Source: Alphaproteobacteria bacterium (lineage in GTDB: Bacteria > Pseudomonadota > Alphaproteobacteria > SP197). From it: a stretch of DNA of 64,000 nucleotides. This document shows, one piece after another, positions 10,152-18,145 of the stretch. Each line of letters opens with the position of its first letter. The first letter of the stretch is position 1. The notes below the pieces were generated by a model. It searched no databases, was not told where the DNA came from, and saw only the letters and a program-made list of their open reading frames with translations. The translations under genes were made by a program, and so were the position numbers. The stretch is taken from the NCBI GenBank assembly GCA_965228895.1, contig OZ245842.1:5280001-5344000 (forward strand), given 5' to 3'.

Positions 10152-10838
10152 CTAGTCGTCTGACGCTACGTCGAGCGCGGCATCTCCGCCGCCCGTGGGC
10201 CAGCTCGCCTGCGGATTCGCGCCGGCCTGGTAAGCCTGAATAATGTTGACTGTGCGCTGGGCATCGCGGGTTGTGAACGTTCTGGATGCAACCAAGTCGC
10301 CGGGATTGGCGACCATGGCGGCTAGGTTGCGCTGGGACGAGCATCCAAAGTTGGACGTGTTTATGTTGTTGTAATCATGGGCCGATTCGGTCTGGAAGTA
10401 ACCGCAATCCGGCGCAATCGCGGTGTGCACCAAATACGAGACGGTCACCTGTCCGTTCATGGCGGCTTGGGGATCAACACCGACAAGCACTTCGCTCTTC
10501 GCCAAGCTATGCTCAAGCGCGCGGCGTTGAATCTCGCTTGCCAAGTTGGAGTGTTCCAGTGCGCTGCCAGGCATGACGATGAGGATCGGCTTCTGCCCGT
10601 TGGCCAGATAGTCGCTGACCATCATGTCGAGCTGCACAAGTTCGTCCAACGACAGTGTGCCGGTGTCAGTGCCAACAAAGTTGGCCTGAACCAGGTCGCT
10701 TTCAACGCGTATCGGATACTTGGCGCGATAGTCATAATCCGTGAGATTGATGTCTGAGTCTGAATACTGACACGCACCGAGCCCGGCGACGAAGACGGCC
10801 GTCACAACATGGCGCAGAAAGGGGCGAATCTTTGTCAT
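10152..10838 (-). CDS. cpaD: CpaD pilus assembly lipoprotein
   Basis: Lipobox LGAC, YPIRV, NFGCSSQRNLAAMVANPGDL; ATG at 10838. Confidence 0.9.
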   Translation of the reverse strand: MTKIRPFLRHVVTAVFVAGLGACQYSDSDINLTDYDYRAKYPIRVESDLVQANFVGTDTGTLSLDELVQLDMMVSDYLANGQKPILIVMPGSALEHSNLASEIQRRALEHSLAKSEVLVGVDPQAAMNGQVTVSYLVHTAIAPDCGYFQTESAHDYNNINTSNFGCSSQRNLAAMVANPGDLVASRTFTTRDAQRTVNIIQAYQAGANPQASWPTGGGDAALDVASDD

Positions 10839-10848
10839 CTGAATCCTT

Positions 10849-12249
10849 CTACTCCACGATGAAACCGATGGGCCCAGCAATTTCCTCGCCAGTCGGGGTC
10901 GGCAAACGCTCGGAATAGACTGCGTTGATCCGCCCTAGGAAATACATTTCAAGGTCAGTTGCCGGTACCAAGCCATCGGTCGGAAAGGCCGCCTCACTCT
11001 CTTCAATCGGCCGTACCAGATAGGGCGTTACCAGGACCACAAGCTCTGTTTCATCGCGCTGAAAATTGGTGCTGCGGAACAGCGTGCCCAGGACCGGAAT
11101 ATCCTTCAACCCGGGCAGACCCTGAATCGTCGCGTTGATGTCGTTCTGCAGCAGACCGGCAATTACTAGGCTTCCGCCCGACGGCAGGTCGACAGATGTG
11201 TTGGCACGACGGACCACAAGGCTCGGGATGTTGAATCCTTGAATAGTCACCGCGTCTTCCTGACTGGTCGCCGAAACCTCAGCATTGACGCGCAGGCTGA
11301 TCCGCCCATCGCTTAGCACAACCGGCGTGAATTGAAGTGTCACACCAAAGGGCCGAAACTCGATCGTCACCTGGTTGTTCTGGCCGGGCACCGGAATCGG
11401 GAATTCGCCGCCGACCAGAACACTCGCCGGCTCGCCGGAGATCGCAGTCACGCTGGGCTCCGCCAGAATTCGAACCAGATTGTTCTGCTCAAGCGCGTTA
11501 ATCGACGTATCAATGTTGTTGTTGGCGCCACCCTTGAACAGATCAAGCGTGCCGAACGTATTGGCGGACGGACCAAGGCCGGTCGCCAGACCGAACAAGA
11601 AGTTGCCTGAACTCAGATTGAGGTTGGTGTCGAAGCCGAACTCCTTGACCGCCTGACGGTTGACCTCGGCAAAGCGCACCTTAAGCAGAACCTGCTGTTC
11701 GTTACGGATCGTCAGCATATTGACGATGTTGTCATCGGGTACAAAACGCAGCGCGATCTGCTCAGCGCTTGCCGCGACCTCAGGTGTCGAAACCGTCCCA
11801 GTCAGTGCAACGTTGTCGTTGACCGCAACGACGTCGATGCTCTCGTCGGGAATAAGAATGTTGAGCGTCTCGTTCAGTTCCAAAAGATCGATCCCGACCG
11901 AGACATCCAGCCGCGCGATCTGTTGGCCCGCAGCGTTAAGGAACAAGACGTTCGTCGTGCCGATCTCATTGCCGATCAAATACGCCAGTCGCGGTGTCTT
12001 CAAAATGATGTCGGCAACTTCGGCATTGGAGGCCAACACGTCACGCGCATCGACCGGCAAGCTAACCAGCCTTGCCTTGTTCAGCGGCAGACCAACCCGG
12101 ATAAGCGAATCACCGGCTTGCTGAATGACAACCGCGTCTGTCGACTGCCCGTCGATCTGTTCGGCGCGGGCCGAGCCGATGGCGATAGCCAACGCCAACG
12201 CCGCGATCAACGATAGGGATGGAAAGATGGTGAGGAGACGTTCGCGCAT
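10849..12249 (-). CDS. cpaC: Tad secretin CpaC/RcpA
   Basis: QVLLKVRFAEVNR, LAEPSVTAISGE, GGEFPIP, LPGLKDIPVLGTLFRS..FQRDETELVVLVTPYLV. Confidence 0.95.
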   Translation of the reverse strand: MRERLLTIFPSLSLIAALALAIAIGSARAEQIDGQSTDAVVIQQAGDSLIRVGLPLNKARLVSLPVDARDVLASNAEVADIILKTPRLAYLIGNEIGTTNVLFLNAAGQQIARLDVSVGIDLLELNETLNILIPDESIDVVAVNDNVALTGTVSTPEVAASAEQIALRFVPDDNIVNMLTIRNEQQVLLKVRFAEVNRQAVKEFGFDTNLNLSSGNFLFGLATGLGPSANTFGTLDLFKGGANNNIDTSINALEQNNLVRILAEPSVTAISGEPASVLVGGEFPIPVPGQNNQVTIEFRPFGVTLQFTPVVLSDGRISLRVNAEVSATSQEDAVTIQGFNIPSLVVRRANTSVDLPSGGSLVIAGLLQNDINATIQGLPGLKDIPVLGTLFRSTNFQRDETELVVLVTPYLVRPIEESEAAFPTDGLVPATDLEMYFLGRINAVYSERLPTPTGEEIAGPIGFIVE

Positions 12250-12274
12250 ACGTATCTAAGATCCCTCTAGGAGG

Positions 12275-13888
12275 TCATCCCCCTGAGCCGGAAAAGTTGA
12301 GGTCCTGCGGTATTGTCGAGCGATAAATCCGAACTTGTCCGCTGTCGCCGCCGATGGGGTCGTCGAGAATCAGGACACTGTCGTTGGTGTCAAAGCCTTT
12401 TGGTGGTGGCGGCAAAGTAAGGCCATACAGAAGGTCGACCATCGAACGACTCGCCTGAAAGTCAGACGTGTAACCTGCCAGCCTCGTATCGTCGCCGGGT
12501 TCGTCGCCGCGCAAGACCAGTGTCAGTGTACCTTCGGTCAGAGCTAGCGCGATGAGTTCTGCTTCTGCCGGCGTCACTTCAAGTGTTGCACTCGCGCTCT
12601 CTGGATCGATTGCTGGCACGCCGGTCATTGGGCTATGGACGCGCTCGATGTGCAGGACGCGGACGTTCTCCAACAGCATTTCGCTGAACCGGCGCGGGTC
12701 CTTGACCGGATCTTCGGACTCGTCCTCGAGTTCGAGGTTGTAGATCACATCGACACGCGCGCCGGGCATGATGAAACCCGAAACGCCGCGCGTCTCGTCG
12801 ACCGGAACGGTGATGGCGCGCATACCAGGCTCCAGTGCGGTCTCTATGTACCGATCCTCTGACGGCAGGAGCAATTCACCAGGTGTAATCGGTTGTCCGG
12901 CCTTGATATCCGTCATCAACAAACCGCTACGCAGGGCGTCGGGATCGCCATCGCCTTCAACAATCCAGTTAAACTGAATCTGATCTGACGGCATGCTGAC
13001 CCACTGCCAGTCCTGATTGTTAAGCACAGTGCCTTCGTTCAGATCTCTGCTGGCGACCAGAACGCGGCTGCCACCTGGCATGTTTCGGCCCAGGTAGCTG
13101 CTCACCATAAAGTCAGGGCTGAAGCTGCGCGGAATCTCGCTGATCTCGCCTTCTACCCGGCTGCGCAGGGACAAACTCAGCGAGCCCATCTGACTGGCGA
13201 CCGCGAGAGCCTGTGCCTGATTTGGGGTGACTTCCAACGTAACGGTCTCAACGACGTCCGCCAAAGTTTCGTTGGCGCCTTCTTCCCCGGTTCCCAGCGA
13301 AACGACCTGGTCGATGGCCAAGACACGGATGTCTTCAAGGGCTGTCTCACTGACCACACGATCAGCGGTGTCGCCGGTCGTCGGATCCTCGGTCGGAATG
13401 TCGAAAACCATCAGAACATCGACCCGGTCGCCGGGCAAAATGAAACCGGCCGCGCCGCTTCGTTCGTTCACGGCAATCGTGACGGCGCGCATCCCGGGCG
13501 TCAGCACGCCGGACAAGAACCCGGCGTCGCCACGATGAAACACCTTCGATGAAATGACGGGTTCGCCGCTGACCATGGCAACGCGGACCGCTGATCCAAC
13601 GAATTCATCGACCTCGGCGCGGCCGTCATCGCTGCCTTTGGTGATGTAATCGGCGCTAACAGCCTGCTCGGGCCAAGGTTGCCAGCGCAGATCGTCGTCG
13701 CGGACAATTCGCCCGATGGGAAGGCTCTGCGCGGCGATCAGGATGTCTACGGTGGTTTCCGAGACCATCTGAGGTTCGACGTTACGGGCCGCCTCTTCGG
13801 TCTCCGACAGAAAGCGGCTAACCAGAAATGCTACGGTGCCGGCGATCGCCAAGGCGACGACGATCAGGATGATCATGATGGGACGCAT
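12275..13888 (-). CDS. cpaB: CpaB/RcpC with two tandem SAF+RcpC modules
   Basis: PGMRAVTI..GFILPGDRVDV..TLEVTP occurs, then again as PGMRAITV..GFIMPGARVDV..TLEVTP; N-terminal membrane anchor. Confidence 0.92.
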   Translation of the reverse strand: MRPIMIILIVVALAIAGTVAFLVSRFLSETEEAARNVEPQMVSETTVDILIAAQSLPIGRIVRDDDLRWQPWPEQAVSADYITKGSDDGRAEVDEFVGSAVRVAMVSGEPVISSKVFHRGDAGFLSGVLTPGMRAVTIAVNERSGAAGFILPGDRVDVLMVFDIPTEDPTTGDTADRVVSETALEDIRVLAIDQVVSLGTGEEGANETLADVVETVTLEVTPNQAQALAVASQMGSLSLSLRSRVEGEISEIPRSFSPDFMVSSYLGRNMPGGSRVLVASRDLNEGTVLNNQDWQWVSMPSDQIQFNWIVEGDGDPDALRSGLLMTDIKAGQPITPGELLLPSEDRYIETALEPGMRAITVPVDETRGVSGFIMPGARVDVIYNLELEDESEDPVKDPRRFSEMLLENVRVLHIERVHSPMTGVPAIDPESASATLEVTPAEAELIALALTEGTLTLVLRGDEPGDDTRLAGYTSDFQASRSMVDLLYGLTLPPPPKGFDTNDSVLILDDPIGGDSGQVRIYRSTIPQDLNFSGSGG

Positions 13889-14117
13889 TGGGAGAGTCAG
13901 CCGTCCAATAGAATTGTAGGTCTAGTCGCGATTTTGCCCCTATCCATCTAGGTATCTCTCGACTGTCGTTAAGCTACGTCAACCAAACGAGGTACACCAT
14001 TGTGATAGCTGTGACCTCAGTCACTCAGACAGTATGCAACCATTTTTAGTAAACACCCGAAAGCAATATATTGTTACCCACAGCTAATGGCTATGAGTTT
14101 TCCACAAGATATTGGGT

Positions 14118-14669
14118 TCACCCAGGAAAAGCTGTTGAAAAGATCGGCAAGCGAAACCAGACCAACCAACCTGCGATTGCGATAGCGACACCATAAGGCA
14201 GGCCGGAGGATGGGTTGAAAAGTTTGGCAACCCAGCGGGTCTGAAACGTCTGATCGCGTGTCAGTCGGCGGGTCACGAGCAGGGCGGCGGCGATCAAGCC
14301 GCCGGCGAATGCCGTGTAAACCAAGAACGGGACCACCAGCGGCCATCCAACCCAAAGGCTAGCAGCCGCGAGCAGCTTGACATCGCCGCCGCCGATCATG
14401 CCGCGAAAGAAAAGCAGGCTGACGGCCAACAACACGACAAGTCCGACTAAACCGTGCCAGAGCATTGTCGCCAGGTCGGTGCCGGATATCAGAAGCGCGG
14501 GAATGGCGAGCAATGCTAGCCCCAAACAAAGGGTGTTTGGAATTAGGTAACGCAGCACATCGCCGGCGGCGGCCACGCTCAGCAGCGCCGGAAATGCGCA
14601 AGCGATGATGATTACCAAGAGTTGTGGTGCGTCGATTTCCAATGGGTCCTTGGTTGAGGTATGGCGCAC
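14118..14669 (-). CDS. cpaA: Prepilin peptidase CpaA/TadV (A24)
   Basis: GDVLRYLIPN, IGGGDVKLLAA, LPYGVAIA; multi-TM; start uncertain. Confidence 0.92.
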   Translation of the reverse strand: MRHTSTKDPLEIDAPQLLVIIIACAFPALLSVAAAGDVLRYLIPNTLCLGLALLAIPALLISGTDLATMLWHGLVGLVVLLAVSLLFFRGMIGGGDVKLLAAASLWVGWPLVVPFLVYTAFAGGLIAAALLVTRRLTRDQTFQTRWVAKLFNPSSGLPYGVAIAIAGWLVWFRLPIFSTAFPG

Positions 14670-14734
14670 TCAAACAATACGCCGAACAGGGTCGATACTC
14701 GCGAAACGAAGTTTATCTGGTTAACAACGTGGTC

Positions 14735-14775
14735 AAAAAGACAGCGAGGGTGCGCGGTTTTCCGCGCACCCTCGC
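14735..14775 (-). terminator. Rho-independent terminator/attenuator after pilin gene
   Basis: 14-bp perfect stem GCGAGGGTGCGCGG/CCGCGCACCCTCGC (14744-14775), then TGTCTTTTT on the minus strand. Confidence 0.8.
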
Positions 14776-14805
14776 CACATTCACTAGGCAATAGGGCGGT
14801 TAGGC

Positions 14806-15015
14806 TTAGCTGCCTCCCGCGGCGTTAACGTCTTCCAGAGCGGTCTCGACGCTGGTGAACAAGTTAAAAATCTCTTCGCCCATGGACAGAAGGACGGCGA
14901 TAATCGCGACGGCGATGGCGCCGGCGATCAGGCCATACTCGATAGCGGTAACACCCTCTTCGTCCTTACGAAGCGAGTTGAGCTGAGAAACGGCGTAGGT
15001 GTAAAGCTTAAGCAT
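14806..15015 (-). CDS. pilA: Flp/Fap major pilin
   Basis: DEEG|VTAIEYGLIA Flp motif; strong SD AGGAGG. Confidence 0.95.
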   Translation of the reverse strand: MLKLYTYAVSQLNSLRKDEEGVTAIEYGLIAGAIAVAIIAVLLSMGEEIFNLFTSVETALEDVNAAGGS

Positions 15016-15124
15016 ATGTCCCTCCTGAGGGATTGGTTTCGCGGAGAGGCTCGCCGGGACGAGCTGACCGCGTAGATCCTGTACCCAAGCTGGGTTGCCC
15101 TCGTGGGGTCACCCAGCGCCCCGG

Positions 15125-15154
15125 TTAATCGAAAGTATTAATTCGAAAGCTTAA
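15125..15154. promoter_or_regulatory. Candidate regulator-binding array upstream of pilin
   Basis: TTAATCGAAAGTA-TTAATTCGAAAGC-TTAA: three TTAA at 13-bp period in an AT-rich patch ~110 bp upstream of the pilin ATG. Confidence 0.45.
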
Positions 15155-15332
15155 TAAATCGTTACGTTTGGAAAGGTCGAGAGCTGGATCGCCAACAATC
15201 GCTTCGACTGTGACCGCCGCCACATTTGACTAGCCGAAACACAATTCAAGCTTTGTGAGCCGATATTCTGTTTCAACCTAGGAAGAGGCATTCTTGGCCG
15301 ATTGATCGCCGAATCGACAGCATGGCATGGGC

Positions 15333-15635
15333 TCAGTCGGAGGCCGCAGGATCGCTGTTTTCCTGGTCCTTTTTGTGGTTTAGCGCGCGCCGAAGCCACG
15401 ATTCGATTCGTTCGCGCCGCCTGAGAAGCCAGGGTATGTCCTGCGCCAAAACAATCAGGCCGATCGGCAGCATCCAAAGACCCAAAACCGGGAAAAACCA
15501 CAGAAACCCGCCAAAACACAGCAAGACACCGAGGCCGATACGCAACCACTTCGGTTGGCGCGCGACCCAGGCCTCGAACGTGTCCAGGCCATCAAGCAGT
15601 TTTTGCGGATTTAGGAGGGTCTTGATGTCGGACAT
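15333..15635 (-). CDS. Small membrane protein of unknown function
   Basis: WLRIGLGVLL.FGGFLWFFPVLGLWMLPIGLIVLAQDIPWL two-helix hairpin, a pattern I recognise from alphaproteobacterial hypotheticals. Confidence 0.7.
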   Translation of the reverse strand: MSDIKTLLNPQKLLDGLDTFEAWVARQPKWLRIGLGVLLCFGGFLWFFPVLGLWMLPIGLIVLAQDIPWLLRRRERIESWLRRALNHKKDQENSDPAASD

Positions 15636-15753
15636 CGTTTACCGTGGTCTTTCGTCGCCAGCAAATCGGGTTTCACGGCCTGAGTGTCAACCTGCGCTTG
15701 CTTTTCATGGCTGCGCCATGGGATGGAGCACAGGCCGTTTCCTGGAACTTGCC

Positions 15754-16494
15754 ATGTTCTTCGCCGAACTCTTGACCTGGAGTTTAGCCGCTGCTGCCGG
15801 TGTTGCCTTCATGGGCGCCTTGATCAGCGGTTTCGCAGGCTTCGGTCTTAACCTGGTCATGACGCCGATACTGGCCGTCGTGATGAGTCCGGTCGAGGCG
15901 GTGCCGGTGGTGGCGATCCTCGGTCTGGTCAATGCCGCGCGCATGCTGGGTGGCACCTGGCGCTGGATGGACCGGCGCGAGGTCGTCATCATGGGCTTGG
16001 TGTCGGTGTTGACGGTGCCGATCGGCGCCTGGGTTCTCGTTAACGCCGACGCAGTCGTGATGCGCCGCGTCATCGCGGTGGTTGTGATTGTGTTCACGCT
16101 GATCTTGTTGGCCGGCTGGCGTTATCGGGGGGCCAGAACGTCAAAGACCCATGCCGCGATCGGCGCTCTTTCCGGCGTCTTGAACAGCGGTGTCGGTGTC
16201 GGCGGCCCTCCTGTCGTGCTCTACCAGCTCTCGCGCGATGGCGATCCGGCAGTCGGACGCGCCAACTTGGTCGGCTTCTTCACCATCCTGGCGATTGTCA
16301 CCATCACCATGTTCTTCATCAATGGCGCGATGGACAGCATCGCTGTGGGCCGCGCGGCGCTCCTGACCCCGCTCGTCCTTATCGGAACATGGTTTGGCAT
16401 GCGACATTTCAGCACGGCAAGCGCGCCGACCTACCGCCGGATCACGTTGGGTTTTTTGTTGGTTGTCTCGGCCGTGATCGTCGTTTTGGGCTAA
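15754..16494 (+). CDS. Sulfite exporter TauE/SafE family membrane protein
   Basis: ISGFAGFG, GALSGVLNSGVGVGGPP, ~8 TM segments; start moved to the ATG at 15754. Confidence 0.85.
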   Translation: MFFAELLTWSLAAAAGVAFMGALISGFAGFGLNLVMTPILAVVMSPVEAVPVVAILGLVNAARMLGGTWRWMDRREVVIMGLVSVLTVPIGAWVLVNADAVVMRRVIAVVVIVFTLILLAGWRYRGARTSKTHAAIGALSGVLNSGVGVGGPPVVLYQLSRDGDPAVGRANLVGFFTILAIVTITMFFINGAMDSIAVGRAALLTPLVLIGTWFGMRHFSTASAPTYRRITLGFLLVVSAVIVVLG

Positions 16495-16614
16495 GTGCTG
16501 ACCATCGGCGTTCGCACGGTCACTGACGCCACGAACACCATTGTAACGTGCCTCGATTTACGATGGGTCGGGTTTCCTGGACGATTATCGATTTCGGCGG
16601 GACGGGGTTGATAC

Positions 16615-16890
16615 CTAAGCGATACGTTTTACGGCAAACGCCAACACGAGCAGGCCAATCACCGCGCCGATGCCTGTGGCGACATAGACGTCAAGGCCAC
16701 CGATCCAGTTGATCAGGCCATAGACCTCCGCGCGCACGGAGCGCGCCTGGTGCTCGGCGGAAAAAAACATCTCGACGATCAGCACGCCAAGCGCGGTCGA
16801 GCCCAAAATCGTGACGACCGGCACCAGGACGGATTTCGTCGTCGCGAAAAAGCTGCCTATGACCTTGAAAACGAACGACATCTCAAACAA
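16615..16890 (-). CDS. Hypothetical 2-TM membrane protein
   Basis: Two hydrophobic segments; GGAG upstream; follows the 16909 gene by 18 bp. Confidence 0.5.
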   Translation of the reverse strand: MFEMSFVFKVIGSFFATTKSVLVPVVTILGSTALGVLIVEMFFSAEHQARSVRAEVYGLINWIGGLDVYVATGIGAVIGLLVLAFAVKRIA

Positions 16891-16908
16891 CCAGTCAGCG
16901 GAGCCCGC

Positions 16909-17178
16909 TTAGGAGAGCTTCCGCCAAACGTTAAGGTTCATCAGGTAGGAGTCAGACGACACGCCAACGCCGGCAAAGCGGTTTTCGACCATCTTGACGG
17001 TAGGCTCGACGATCAACCCGGCCTTGATCGCATCGTCCATGGCGTCTTGCAGCCGCTTGGCGGCCGTCAGGGCCGCATCGGCCAGCTCGCGATCCGAACG
17101 CCGACGGGTGCTGGAACCGTTAAAACTGACGACATCCGCGCTTGCGGGCATGATTTCGGCGGTCTGGCTCTGTGACAT
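16909..17178 (-). CDS. Hypothetical protein (89 aa)
   Basis: ATG at 17178 after AAAGGA; globular-looking sequence ..AMDDAIKAGLIVEP.. Confidence 0.55.
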   Translation of the reverse strand: MSQSQTAEIMPASADVVSFNGSSTRRRSDRELADAALTAAKRLQDAMDDAIKAGLIVEPTVKMVENRFAGVGVSSDSYLMNLNVWRKLS

Positions 17179-17528
17179 CCTGATCCTTTCAACTCGCGGC
17201 GCTTCATCAAACGCCGTTTCTAAGCTTGATGACCAATATGGCACGCCTCGATCATGCCCGCCGCTCATGCTGGAAGCCAGGCCGCGCAGGATGTCAGATG
17301 ATGAGATGTTCAAGATAAGGACTATGCAGATCGTCGCCTGAGAACTGCTCAAATTGTCGTCAGGCGCAGTCCGAGCGCTATAGAGAATGGCAGTGCTGCC
17401 TGCGTTGCCGCTTCAGGAAGACCTGGAAATCGATGCAAAACCGCGGTTTGCTGCCGCCGAAATGAGACAAACGGCGCGGTCGGTGGCGCCGTACATGCCC
17501 ATCCATAACCGATGTTTATGGATCCTGA

Positions 17529-18116
17529 TTATTGTTCCGTCGTGAGACCGTCGGCGAAGTGCCGTCCCAGTTCGCGCGCCTCGGCGATCATCGCCGCGGG
17601 CCGCTCGCCGCCATCGGTCGAGTGGTGCAGATAGGTGAACCTGCCGTCTTCGATGCCGCAATAGTTGAAAATGCCGGTGACGATCTGGGTCTCGATCGCC
17701 GTGTCGAAGCCTCGCTTGGCATAGGTCGGTTCGTCCGATGCCGATAGTCCGATGGCGAGAGCCCGTTTGTGGGGCAGGAAGGCCGAACTGTAGGCCCAAT
17801 CCTTGTTCCAGACCCGGTCGATCCAGCCCTTCAGCATGGCGGGCATCGACCACCACCAGATCGGAAACACCAGGATAACCGCCTCGTTGCGCTCCATGCG
17901 GGCCATTTCGTCCTGAACAGCGGCGGAATAGACCTTGTCCTCGCGCTCCCAGTCGGGTTCGTCGGGTTCCTTAAGGCCGGGATCGAAACCCTCGCCGTAG
18001 AGATCGGCGAGCTCCGCCTCATGGCCAGCCTCTTGCAGGCCTTCGACAACCGCATCGGCTATCGCACCGGTCAGCGAATCCCTGCGCGGATGACACAGAA
18101 CAACCAAAACCTTCAT
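17529..18116 (-). CDS. Flavodoxin-fold NAD(P)H:quinone oxidoreductase (Flavodoxin_2 / MdaB-KefF-like)
   Basis: VLVVLCHPRRDSLT, DLYGEGFDP, FPIWWWSMPAMLKGWIDRV. Confidence 0.9.
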   Translation of the reverse strand: MKVLVVLCHPRRDSLTGAIADAVVEGLQEAGHEAELADLYGEGFDPGLKEPDEPDWEREDKVYSAAVQDEMARMERNEAVILVFPIWWWSMPAMLKGWIDRVWNKDWAYSSAFLPHKRALAIGLSASDEPTYAKRGFDTAIETQIVTGIFNYCGIEDGRFTYLHHSTDGGERPAAMIAEARELGRHFADGLTTEQ

Positions 18117-18145
18117 GAAACGCCCCCAAGCTACACAGGTGGTCC

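Noticed and set aside
15125-15154. Canonical CtrA box
   Set aside because: Spacing is N9, not N7.
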